A stretch of DNA of 64,000 nucleotides from the IMG/VR virus record IMGVR_UViG_3300042515_001753, positions 169,887 through 233,886 of that record. One strand, written 5' to 3'. The stretch's first letter is position 1, and the number at the start of each line of letters is the position of its first letter. Both the position numbers and the translations under genes were made by a program. A model generated the notes under the pieces. The model saw only the letters and a list, made by a program, of their open reading frames with translations, was not told the DNA's origin and searched no databases. Shown one piece after another: positions 17,358 through 26,399 of this stretch.

Positions 17358-17543
17358 TCAAAGAGGATTTGAGTATGCAAGACAATCATCACTTACCTGA
17401 GCACGAACCACTTCCAGTACATTCATAAACTGGTCTGGAGTTTCACAATTCACAACTCGTTCACCACCCTCACTCGAATACAGATAGAACTTACGAGCAA
17501 GCGTATCGACAACACAACGGGTCAGGGTCTCTTCGGCAGGCAT
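17358..17543 (-). CDS. Small hypothetical protein
   Basis: 61-aa ORF directly after a consensus promoter. Confidence 0.7.
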   Translation of the reverse strand: MPAEETLTRCVVDTLARKFYLYSSEGGERVVNCETPDQFMNVLEVVRAQVSDDCLAYSNPL

Positions 17544-17569
17544 CAGGCGTTTCGTTTGATTACCTAGGT

Positions 17570-17598
17570 ATTATAGGGCATCTGGGGGCAGGTGTCAA
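17570..17598 (-). promoter_or_regulatory. Consensus sigma70 promoter TTGACA-17bp-TATAAT driving the small-gene/tRNA operon
   Basis: Plus strand ATTATA 17570-17575 and TGTCAA 17593-17598. Confidence 0.85.
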
Positions 17599-17653
17599 GG
17601 GGTTTTGGGCACCAAATTGAGTTATAATACATAGTATAGAAAAAATAATAAGT

Positions 17654-18232
17654 ATGAGTGATTTTGTAAAAAAAGGTTGGTATTATCTTCCAAATATTAT
17701 TACCAAAGAAGAAGCAATACAAATCAAATATCAAAACTTATGTGGTGCTATAAATGATTTAGGTTCTTTAGAGGGACATTGGGACCCAGAAAGAGGTAGA
17801 GTTTTGACTTGTTATGCTCCACCTTCTTGCACCTTTGTAATGAAGAGAATTCAACCAGTTCTTGAAGATTTACTAGGTGAAGAACTCATTCCAACATATT
17901 GGTTCTCCACAACTTATCATAATGGTGGATGGATGAACTGCCATACTGATCGTCCTTCTTGTGAAGTATCAATCACTATGAATATCTGTGGTGATGCTTC
18001 TTGGCCAATTAAAATCAAAGACCTGACTGGTAAAACAATTAAAGCAGTTACACCAGTTGGAGATGGAGTTGCATACTTAGGAACACTTGTAGAGCACTGG
18101 AGAAGTCCTCTGAGAACTCACAATAATGATCGTTTTATGCAACTATTCCTACACTTTGTACGAAAGAATGGTCAGTACGTTGATTATGCTTATGATAAAA
18201 ATGAAAAATGCTATCAGTTACTCAACAGATAA
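17654..18232 (+). CDS. 2OG-Fe(II) oxygenase-like protein
   Basis: CHTDRPSCEVSIT ... GDGVAYLG...EHWR ... QLFLHFV; related to 59926-60579. Confidence 0.8.
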   Translation: MSDFVKKGWYYLPNIITKEEAIQIKYQNLCGAINDLGSLEGHWDPERGRVLTCYAPPSCTFVMKRIQPVLEDLLGEELIPTYWFSTTYHNGGWMNCHTDRPSCEVSITMNICGDASWPIKIKDLTGKTIKAVTPVGDGVAYLGTLVEHWRSPLRTHNNDRFMQLFLHFVRKNGQYVDYAYDKNEKCYQLLNR

Positions 18233-18748
18233 GGGGTCATTAATCATAGGAATCTGAGAAACTTCAGACCACCTATCATAAAGTCTTAAAACTTCTGAAT
18301 TGTCTTTTACAATTAGTGGTAATGGCGGAAATCCTTTGGGAAATGTTTGTGAAGAAGGAAGGTCTCTTAGTTCTTGTCTCCAGGTTTTAAAGTCAACGTC
18401 TAGTGATATTTCTTGTTCGGTTCCTTTAATTACAATCCAATCTGTAGTTGCAAGAATTTCATCACGAATTATACGAATTAAATCATATCTTTTCTTTTCT
18501 TCTCTTGAATCATAGAGATTTATTTCATTATCCCATTCTGATTGAGTCAATATCCAGAGTCCTTCTGTTGGATTTACAACAGTCTCATCAGGACAAGTAG
18601 ATAGTGAATATGGAACATTATTTTCATCTGTTAAGTCATAAATTCTTTCTAAACCTTCAATATTTGGAATCATATATCCTTGTGCTGGTGTTATCGCATA
18701 TTGACCAGTATCACGATTTATCCAATAGTGCTTAAGAAGTTTAGACAT
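18218..18748 (-). CDS. Tail fibre assembly chaperone-like protein
   Basis: C-terminal IRDEILATTDW...WRQELRDLP pattern typical of phage fibre-assembly proteins. Confidence 0.6.
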   Translation of the reverse strand: MSKLLKHYWINRDTGQYAITPAQGYMIPNIEGLERIYDLTDENNVPYSLSTCPDETVVNPTEGLWILTQSEWDNEINLYDSREEKKRYDLIRIIRDEILATTDWIVIKGTEQEISLDVDFKTWRQELRDLPSSQTFPKGFPPLPLIVKDNSEVLRLYDRWSEVSQIPMINDPLSVE

Positions 18749-18752
18749 ATCT

Positions 18753-19415
18753 CTAGTAAACTTTTATTCCATATTTATCTTCAAGTTCTTTATCTTGCTC
18801 TGCTTTGGTTTTAATTCCTTGTATAGTCATCCAATTTACCATAGCATAACGAGTTCCTGAAATGACTGGTTCTACCTGATGAAGATAATATTGTGTTGAT
18901 GGAAAAGCAATAAGAAGCCCTGGTTCTGGACGTACTCTAATTCTTAAATCTGGAAATACAAAGTCTCCTCCCTCAAACTCATCATTTAGAAAAAGAACCG
19001 TAGATAAATCTCGTTCAACAGATTTTTTCCAAATGATAGTTCCATCTGGATTTTTCCACTGTGCTACTGCATCATAATGAGGTTTATAGTGACCTCCTTG
19101 TTCATAGACAAGAAGTTGTGGAAGTTCACTATCTCTTATCTTGAAATCATAAAAAGGATTAATAACGTGATGAACTATATTATCATAAAGTTCCTTAATC
19201 TGTGGCAATATTTCTATTATATCTGCAGATTTTACATCTCTGGAAGACCTATCAACTTTTCCGGGATTATCATCAAAAGTTTTATTTGCTTTATCTGGAT
19301 CAAATACACCCATTTGTTCTTGTGAAGAATTATTTGCGTGATTGATTAGGAAATCAATTGCATCTGATGTAAGAACTTTTGGTTGTATTAAAATATTTGC
19401 AAGAGTGTCATTCAT
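18753..19415 (-). CDS. 2OG-Fe(II) oxygenase (prolyl-4-hydroxylase/PKHD-like)
   Basis: YKPHYD ... LSTVLFLNDEFEGGDFVF ... LHQVEPV.SGTRY. Confidence 0.88.
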   Translation of the reverse strand: MNDTLANILIQPKVLTSDAIDFLINHANNSSQEQMGVFDPDKANKTFDDNPGKVDRSSRDVKSADIIEILPQIKELYDNIVHHVINPFYDFKIRDSELPQLLVYEQGGHYKPHYDAVAQWKNPDGTIIWKKSVERDLSTVLFLNDEFEGGDFVFPDLRIRVRPEPGLLIAFPSTQYYLHQVEPVISGTRYAMVNWMTIQGIKTKAEQDKELEDKYGIKVY

Positions 19416-19439
19416 ATAAAGATGATATAGTTGTTGTAT

Positions 19440-20462
19440 TTAGACTGATTGTCCTCCTGAAGTTGCTGCTATATTCTGTTTTGCTTGAGATAATTTAGGT
19501 ATTGGTACAAATACTGTTTCTGTAGAAAAATCTAAGCGATCAATTGTAGAAACATTAGTAAGAGGAGCGTCATTCCCACCACCAAAGTAACCATAAGAAA
19601 AATTTGAGGTTGCTGTTATATTAGATCTTCCCTGAGATAACTTAGGAGTTGGGGTTGTTACGATGTCTGTAGAGAAATCTAAACGATTTATGGTAGAAAT
19701 TAGAGTCGGTGCAACATAACCACCACCAAAATAAGCATAAGAAGCACTTGAGGTTGCTGCTAAAGTGGAATTTGTTGTAGATAACTTAGGCGTTGGAGTT
19801 GTTACAGATTCTGTAGAGAAATCTAATCGGTCTATGGTGGAAACATTATTAGTAAGAACAAAACCACCACCAAAGTAACCATAAAAACTACTTGAAGTTG
19901 CTGCTATACTCTGTTTTGCTTGAGATAACTTAGGCGTTGGAGTTGTGACTGTTTCTGTAGAAAAATGTAAACGGTCTATTGTGGATCTACGAATAACAGG
20001 AGGAAAAGTAAGTCCACCACCAAAGTAACCATAAAAACTACTTGAAGTTGCTGATAAACTGGTTCTGGCCGCAGTTAACTTAGGAGTTGGAGTTGTTACA
20101 GATTCTGTAGAGAAGTCCAGACGGTCTATGGTACTGAAAAGCAGGGGTCCAGCGCCGCCTCCACCAAAGTAACCGTAAAAACTACTTGAGGTTGCTGCTA
20201 AATTGGATTTTGCTACAGATAACTTTGGTGTTGGAGTTGTTATGATTTCTGTTGAAAACTCTAAACGGTCTATGGTACTGTTGGTGGGCAGCTGGCCACC
20301 ACCAAAATATCCAATACGAGCCTGCTCAGGCCAAGAAGCAAATTTATTATTTTGCTCTACGTTTTCTACTTGTTTTTCATAGACATCTCTTAGTCCAAAG
20401 ACATCTCCTACAAAATTTCCATATCTAGAAGGATTACCACCACTACCTCGAATGACTGGCAT
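19440..20462 (-). CDS. Kelch-like beta-propeller repeat protein (paralog 1)
   Basis: About six repeats of YGYFGGG...STIDRLDFSTE.VTTPTPKLS. Confidence 0.75.
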   Translation of the reverse strand: MPVIRGSGGNPSRYGNFVGDVFGLRDVYEKQVENVEQNNKFASWPEQARIGYFGGGQLPTNSTIDRLEFSTEIITTPTPKLSVAKSNLAATSSSFYGYFGGGGAGPLLFSTIDRLDFSTESVTTPTPKLTAARTSLSATSSSFYGYFGGGLTFPPVIRRSTIDRLHFSTETVTTPTPKLSQAKQSIAATSSSFYGYFGGGFVLTNNVSTIDRLDFSTESVTTPTPKLSTTNSTLAATSSASYAYFGGGYVAPTLISTINRLDFSTDIVTTPTPKLSQGRSNITATSNFSYGYFGGGNDAPLTNVSTIDRLDFSTETVFVPIPKLSQAKQNIAATSGGQSV

Positions 20463-20468
20463 TTTACG

Positions 20469-21317
20469 TTACTTCTTAAGCTCTGAATTAAATAACGAAC
20501 TTGTAATTTGTTTTGCTTCTTTTTGCTCAACACCAGAAAGAAGTTGCCGACTCATTCCTGTAATTTCTTCAATACCAGCAGCAACATTTTCTTGAAGTTT
20601 ATTTAAGAAATCAAGAGGATCAGTTGGATCTCCAAATGTTCCCTTTGTTCTATTTAAATCATCATCCATTACTGTGGGGGCACTTGCACGTCTCATAGAA
20701 CGAATATTACCAGCATTTACGCCAGTTTTTGCTTGAAGTAAATCATCTAATGCCTGATTAGACAATCTACGTTCCCAATAAACTGGTTGATCTTCAATAA
20801 ATTGTTCTCTTGTAATTAATTTTCCACCATTCAATTCAATCAGACGATTAATCAGTTTATCAAAAAACTCAAGTTCGTGTGCATAACACTTGAAGTTCTT
20901 AATTAAACCTTGAAGCATTCTATTAAAGTTAAATTCCTCAATATCATACCAACATAACTCTTCACCACCTTCACGAGTCTTCCACCAAATTGGTTGTGTC
21001 TTATCCTTCCCATCCCACTTATAATGAAATTCCCTTGCTTGTTTCTTTGCGTCAATAATTTGTTGAAGTAGTCCTTCTGCAGAACTTTTACGATTCACAA
21101 GTGCTGATTGAAATGCAGATGGAATTGTAAAGTTATCGTGAACAATAAATTTTTCAATTTGAAACTCTGAACGAGTATGTGATAATTCAGTTTCACTCTC
21201 ATTCCAACGATCTACTTCGTTGAGAACCTTAAACATAAACTCATTATTATCATCTAATACTTCTTTAGGAGTTGCAAGAGCAATTACCTCATAGTTATTT
21301 TGCATAGTGTTGTTCAT
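20469..21317 (-). CDS. Hypothetical protein
   Basis: 282-aa helical-looking ORF inside the island. Confidence 0.7.
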   Translation of the reverse strand: MNNTMQNNYEVIALATPKEVLDDNNEFMFKVLNEVDRWNESETELSHTRSEFQIEKFIVHDNFTIPSAFQSALVNRKSSAEGLLQQIIDAKKQAREFHYKWDGKDKTQPIWWKTREGGEELCWYDIEEFNFNRMLQGLIKNFKCYAHELEFFDKLINRLIELNGGKLITREQFIEDQPVYWERRLSNQALDDLLQAKTGVNAGNIRSMRRASAPTVMDDDLNRTKGTFGDPTDPLDFLNKLQENVAAGIEEITGMSRQLLSGVEQKEAKQITSSLFNSELKK

Positions 21318-21322
21318 TTATT

Positions 21323-22876
21323 TTATCTTTTGGTATTTAGATTGTTTTCTACACAGAAGAATCCAGTCGTTTCATTATACTTTTGAACTTTTGTAATCTT
21401 AAAGTTTTTATTTTCTAAAAATTCAAACAAATCTTTAGATGTTTTATCACTCAAATCATTATGATACTCACCTACAATCTTTTCAACTTTAAATAATAAC
21501 TTTGATTTCATTAAAATTTCATATTCAGATCCTTCGGCATCTACTTTAAGTAAAGAAACCTTAGGAAAATTAATCAAAATATCATCAAGTCCTACAGTTT
21601 TGACTTTAGTTTTAAATTCACTTTTCTGATAAAAAGAGTGCATTCCAGTATTACTTCCAGGAATTATAGTAAGTTCTTTCTCTCTTTTCCTATCTAATAC
21701 TGCAAGATTATATGCCTGAAAACACTTATAATCTTTCAAATTATTCATAAGTTCTTCAAAATTCTTTGGTTCTGGTTCAAATGAATGAATTTGTTTGCAA
21801 CCTTTGTCCATACACAGTTGAGTGAAGTATCCTTTATGTGCTCCAATATCAATTACAACATCTTCTGGTGAAAAACTTTCTACCTGATATTCATTCTTTT
21901 GGTAGACTTGTTCATAAATCCAATTATCACCACAAACAAATTTTTGATTTGAGAACTGACCAATCAATTCTTTCCATACAGATGCCGACTTATTCCAATC
22001 ATAAGTTTCTCTTGTGAGTTTTGATAGGTCTTTTGTTGCATTATAAAAAGTCTCTGGTTCTTTATCAAAAAACTCAAAGCATCTTGAAACTTCTTCTGCA
22101 AACTCATTTATAAACTGAGATGATGGTTTCCATCCTGTTGGTGTATTCTCACCAGTCATAGAAATATATTTTCCTTTACCAAATGAAACTTCTGGAAGTG
22201 CTCCAATATTACTTGTAATTGGATAACAACCACAAGACATAGCCTCTGCTAATGAAAGACAGAAGGTTTCTTCCCATACATTTGGATGAACAAAGAATGC
22301 AGCATCCTGAATATGAGATACCAATTCTTCTCTTTCAATACAAGGTGAGTAAAGAACATTTGGAAGTGTCTTTAATTCTTGAATTGCTTCCAAGAACTCC
22401 TCTGTTTCTTGTTGAGTACTTCCAGCATTCTCATACAAAGACATAGAGGAGAAGACTTTAAGATGAGCATCTGGATGATTTTTAATCACTTGTTTCCAGA
22501 TTTTTGGAAGGGGTGTAATTCCTTTATGAGGAGCAGAAAAGAAGATTGCGGTCTTTGATTTGGGTTTTGATGATGGGACAAATATTGAATCTAATCCATA
22601 ATAAATCACCTTCAGTTTTTCTTCTGGTGCTCTTTTGTATTTGATATATTTCTGCCTTTCCCATTCCGAAAGACATACAATCGCACTTAACTGATTTGCG
22701 ACTGCAGGTAAATTTGCGTGTATTGGTTGGTCACAATTATCGTGTGCCCAGAGTATCTTAATTGGTTTTGATGATTCTAGAAGTTCTTGCGATGACCTTG
22801 CAATATGAACTTCTTGTGGAATATTGAGATGTTGTGAAAGATAATAAAAAGAACTTTCAGTTGCTCCAGACTTCAT
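21323..22876 (-). CDS. GT-B (GT4-like) glycosyltransferase fused to an FkbM-family methyltransferase
   Basis: WEETFCLSLAEAMSCGCYPITSNIGALPE (GT4 signature), then VIDIGAHKG..FEP..LLKVDAEGSE (FkbM). Start MKSGATE at 22876 is preferred over the track start 22960, which overlaps the upstream gene. Confidence 0.85.
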   Translation of the reverse strand: MKSGATESSFYYLSQHLNIPQEVHIARSSQELLESSKPIKILWAHDNCDQPIHANLPAVANQLSAIVCLSEWERQKYIKYKRAPEEKLKVIYYGLDSIFVPSSKPKSKTAIFFSAPHKGITPLPKIWKQVIKNHPDAHLKVFSSMSLYENAGSTQQETEEFLEAIQELKTLPNVLYSPCIEREELVSHIQDAAFFVHPNVWEETFCLSLAEAMSCGCYPITSNIGALPEVSFGKGKYISMTGENTPTGWKPSSQFINEFAEEVSRCFEFFDKEPETFYNATKDLSKLTRETYDWNKSASVWKELIGQFSNQKFVCGDNWIYEQVYQKNEYQVESFSPEDVVIDIGAHKGYFTQLCMDKGCKQIHSFEPEPKNFEELMNNLKDYKCFQAYNLAVLDRKREKELTIIPGSNTGMHSFYQKSEFKTKVKTVGLDDILINFPKVSLLKVDAEGSEYEILMKSKLLFKVEKIVGEYHNDLSDKTSKDLFEFLENKNFKITKVQKYNETTGFFCVENNLNTKR

Positions 22877-22916
22877 AAAGAATAATGTAGTTGTTGTATT
22901 TAGATTGATTAGGTAC

Positions 22917-23942
22917 TCAAGATATATCCGTACCTCCTCCTTGAGAACCATTAGCGACACCTGTTGATTGAGCTCCTGAGGTTGATCCTATGTTAGATTT
23001 TGATTGTGCTAATACAGTTGCTAGAGTTAATCTAGTTTCTGTAACGAAATCTATACGGTCAATAGCGTTTGTTCGAACCAGAGGTGCTGTTTGCCCACCG
23101 GCAAAATAACCATAAGAAAAGTTTGAGGTTACTGCCATACCAGATTTTCCTATAGATAAGGTAAGAGTTGGAGATGATGTTACGGTTTCAGTAGAAAAAT
23201 CTAAACGATCTATAGTAGAAAGATAAGTAAGAGGAGGATTGAAATATCCACCACCAAAGTAACCATAAGAACGACTTGAGGTTGCCGATAAAGGAAATTT
23301 TGATTGAGTTAATTTAGGAGTTGGTGTAGAAAAAGATTCCGATGATAGATCCAAACGGTCTATGGTGGAAATACCAAGAGCCGTAACACGACCACCAGCA
23401 AAGTAACCATAATAATTAGTTGCGGTTGCTCCTGCACCAGATTTTGCTATAGGTAGATTATTAACCGAAGATGCTACGGTTTCTGTGGAAAACTCTAAAC
23501 GGTCTACGGTGGAACGCAAAGTACCCCCAAGAGCAGTACTTCCACCACCACCAAAATATCCATAATAACTACCTGAGATTGCTGCCGTATTATTTCTTGC
23601 TTGGGTTAGCACAGGACTTGGAGTTGTTCTGATTTCTGTGAAGAAATCTATACGTTCTATTGTAGAATAATTAGTACTAATAGTATAACCACCACCAAAA
23701 TATCCATATAACACACTTGAGACTCCTGACATAAATCCTCTTGTTGCAGGCAAATTAGAACCCGGAAGTGTTATAGTTTCATTTGAAAAATTTATACGTT
23801 CTATTGTAGAGACATAGGGGATAATACCACCCACATAATATCCTCTAACAGAACCCTCAGGCCAAAAACTAAATTTTGCATCATTAAAGGATACATTCTT
23901 GACTTGTTCTGCTCTAGCTTCTTGAAGTGAGAATACTGACAT
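22917..23942 (-). CDS. Kelch-like beta-propeller repeat protein (paralog 2)
   Basis: Repeats of YGYFGGG...STIDRLDFSTE. Start MSVFSL at 23942 overlaps the sulfotransferase stop (TAATG); the ORF track extends it to 23984. Confidence 0.75.
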   Translation of the reverse strand: MSVFSLQEARAEQVKNVSFNDAKFSFWPEGSVRGYYVGGIIPYVSTIERINFSNETITLPGSNLPATRGFMSGVSSVLYGYFGGGYTISTNYSTIERIDFFTEIRTTPSPVLTQARNNTAAISGSYYGYFGGGGSTALGGTLRSTVDRLEFSTETVASSVNNLPIAKSGAGATATNYYGYFAGGRVTALGISTIDRLDLSSESFSTPTPKLTQSKFPLSATSSRSYGYFGGGYFNPPLTYLSTIDRLDFSTETVTSSPTLTLSIGKSGMAVTSNFSYGYFAGGQTAPLVRTNAIDRIDFVTETRLTLATVLAQSKSNIGSTSGAQSTGVANGSQGGGTDIS

Positions 23943-24769
23943 TACAGACCAAAGATAGGATATTTTGAAGTTTCCTTTTTCCAAAACTCCATATGATCGT
24001 ATTTATTCATTACATACTCAGAAAGGTACTTTGAGTTATCACGATATATCTTCTCTACTCTATTTCTTACAGTATGCATATTCTCTAAACGATAAACCTC
24101 ATCGTTCTCATTTGCCTTTGGAGTTACATTCTCAAAGATATGAGAGTAACTTGGTAGATTTAGAAACTCATAAATCCGATTGAGTTCTCTTTGTGGTTCT
24201 TGAACTAGATTATCATACTCAATAAGTAACAAGTTGTTCTCATATCCCTTACGAAAGGCTTCTTTAAGTGCGTGATAAGATTGCCCTATGATACCTTGTG
24301 AAGACATTAGATAATCGCAACGATTATTATCTGTAATTTCTATTTGATTTTTGAGTAATACTTCGTCAATAAAGGAGATTGTTTTTGATTTGCGAATCAG
24401 TAGCATAAAGGAAGACAAAATATCTTGAATAGACCTTACAGGACAGATAATCTTTGGATCTGGTGTAATGTAATCTTGAATATGTTGAATTTGATTGACC
24501 CAACCTCTTGACTTATCAATAATAATATTCTGAGAAGTATGAAAGTAATAGTTATCAGGTATGGATGATAGAACTCTATGTGCTCCTTCTGGATTTGGTG
24601 TTGCCTTATATTGCTCTGAATTGTGTAAAAGGTACTCTTCGGTATAGTGAATGGTATCCAGAAGTGGAGAGTTTGTGGATGCGTGTATCTCTGGGTTCTG
24701 ATTTAAAAGAGCAGTCAAAAGTGTGGAACCTGAACGTGGAAGTCCAGACATAAAATAAAAGGTTCTCAT
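23942..24769 (-). CDS. Sulfotransferase (P-loop, PAPS-dependent)
   Basis: MSGLPRSGSTLL 5'-PSB motif; IIDKS; KIICPVRSIQDILSS 3'-PB region; LLIEYDNLVQEP. Confidence 0.88.
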   Translation of the reverse strand: MRTFYFMSGLPRSGSTLLTALLNQNPEIHASTNSPLLDTIHYTEEYLLHNSEQYKATPNPEGAHRVLSSIPDNYYFHTSQNIIIDKSRGWVNQIQHIQDYITPDPKIICPVRSIQDILSSFMLLIRKSKTISFIDEVLLKNQIEITDNNRCDYLMSSQGIIGQSYHALKEAFRKGYENNLLLIEYDNLVQEPQRELNRIYEFLNLPSYSHIFENVTPKANENDEVYRLENMHTVRNRVEKIYRDNSKYLSEYVMNKYDHMEFWKKETSKYPIFGL

Positions 24770-24772
24770 AAA

Positions 24773-25708
24773 TTATACTGATTGCCCTCCATAAACAGCA
24801 GCTGCTAAATTTCTTACAGCAAGTAAATTGGCACCTGTTACTGCAGTCTCAGCAGAAAAATCAAATTTTTGTATGGTGGTTGGAGTTCCGGCATAAAAAC
24901 CATAACTAAAGCTTGATACAGCAGCTCTACCACCGAATGCAGATGAAGCAACGGCAGGAAGTGTTGTTAATGTCTCATTTGCGAATTGTAAACGTTGAAG
25001 AAATCCACTATAACCATCATTAACATATCCATTAGCAGCACTTGCAAATGATGTGTTTTGGGGTGCTCCTACTGGTAAATTTGCTACAAATTTTACAGAT
25101 TCTGTTGAATAATCTATACGATCAATTGAACTTATAGGATTTGGATCGCTTACTCCTGCATTAAAATATCCAAAGTTTGTACTTGAAAAAGCGGAGAACT
25201 TATATCTATTTCTATTGATTGGTGTACTGAGGGATTGAACAGTTTCGGTTGAAAAGTTTAATCTGGTTATGTTAGATGAACCAGCATTTGGTGCAGTTGG
25301 ACTAGGAGCTCCTCCAGCAAAATATCCATAAGAACCTTTATTAGTTATTCCGGCAAGCCAACCTCTTGCTGCTGGTAAAACTGCACTTAATACTGATGTG
25401 GCATTTGTTGCATAATCAATCTTATTTATTTCTGTTACTGTAGGTGCTCCACCACCAAAATATCCAAAAAATGGAGCACTTATTGTCCCCTGAGCTGCTC
25501 TTCCTGTCGGTAAATTTCCTACAGATGTTACGGTTTCTGTTGAAAACTCTAATCTATCTATACTAGATAATACTGTAGATGGAGGAGTAAGTCCTCCTCC
25601 CCAATAACCCTCAATAGCACCTTCAGGCCAACTAGTAAAGTTCTTATCTTTTACATTCTGAAACTGTCTTTTATAAACCTTGTTAAGACTAAAGATTCCA
25701 GTAGCCAT
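24773..25708 (-). CDS. Kelch-like beta-propeller repeat protein (paralog 3, diverged)
   Basis: GYFGGG / GYFAGG and IDRLEFSTETV repeats; shared N-terminal motif. Confidence 0.7.
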   Translation of the reverse strand: MATGIFSLNKVYKRQFQNVKDKNFTSWPEGAIEGYWGGGLTPPSTVLSSIDRLEFSTETVTSVGNLPTGRAAQGTISAPFFGYFGGGAPTVTEINKIDYATNATSVLSAVLPAARGWLAGITNKGSYGYFAGGAPSPTAPNAGSSNITRLNFSTETVQSLSTPINRNRYKFSAFSSTNFGYFNAGVSDPNPISSIDRIDYSTESVKFVANLPVGAPQNTSFASAANGYVNDGYSGFLQRLQFANETLTTLPAVASSAFGGRAAVSSFSYGFYAGTPTTIQKFDFSAETAVTGANLLAVRNLAAAVYGGQSV

Positions 25709-25714
25709 TTTTAT

Positions 25715-26383
25715 TTACTCTTCCTGAAAGACATGAGATCCAACATGACTAAGATGAATAGTTGTATCTAACCAAGACTTATATCCAACACTTGATGCTC
25801 TCTCAAAGAATGAAAAATCTTCCGGTAGAAAGTGCATATCTTTTTTCATTTCAAGAAAATAATGATAAGAATTATTATACTCTTTTTCTGTTACTGGATA
25901 GTTTGAGTTATTTAGAGTGGGGTAATACTTCAATTCTTCTCCATAGTGATTTTGAATGCTCTGAAAAACTTTTCTACGAATACAACAAAATCCAAAACCA
26001 ATATTTTCTATCTGAACTAGACTATCTTCTGCAACTGGTGGAGATGATATATTGTAGTTATATCTCAAAGGAATACTCTTCATCGGATATGCTCCACATA
26101 TAATCTCCTTATCAGATAAAATAAGATTCAATGCATCTTCTGATGCAAATCCAACATCAGCATCAATAAATAAAATCTTTTCATACTCAGTATTATTCAT
26201 AAAAAAATTAGCAATTCTAGATCTACCCTTTGTGATAAGACTTTCATTAGCAATAGTCAAAAATCCATGATCTATTGATTTAGTTCTCAAATCCTTCCCA
26301 AGATTAAACAGTCCCTTTACAGTTTTATCACTAACCATTCCACCATAACAAGGCATTGCAATTAAAACTGAGTTCATAATCAA
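25715..26383 (-). CDS. GT-A fold glycosyltransferase-like protein
   Basis: LIAMPCYGG ... ESLITKGRSRI ... ILFIDADV (DxD) ... GFGFCCI ... PEDFSF ... LSHVG. Confidence 0.75.
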   Translation of the reverse strand: MIMNSVLIAMPCYGGMVSDKTVKGLFNLGKDLRTKSIDHGFLTIANESLITKGRSRIANFFMNNTEYEKILFIDADVGFASEDALNLILSDKEIICGAYPMKSIPLRYNYNISSPPVAEDSLVQIENIGFGFCCIRRKVFQSIQNHYGEELKYYPTLNNSNYPVTEKEYNNSYHYFLEMKKDMHFLPEDFSFFERASSVGYKSWLDTTIHLSHVGSHVFQEE

Positions 26384-26399
26384 ATACTTTATTGAATTA

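Noticed and set aside
17600-17628. Sigma70 promoter for the plus-strand oxygenase
   Set aside because: TATAAT is present at 17623-17628 but there is no credible -35 at proper spacing, so it was not listed as a feature.
19440-25708. Diversity-generating retroelement (template/variable repeat) among the near-identical propeller repeats
   Set aside because: There is no reverse transcriptase in the window and the differences are not visibly confined to adenines.
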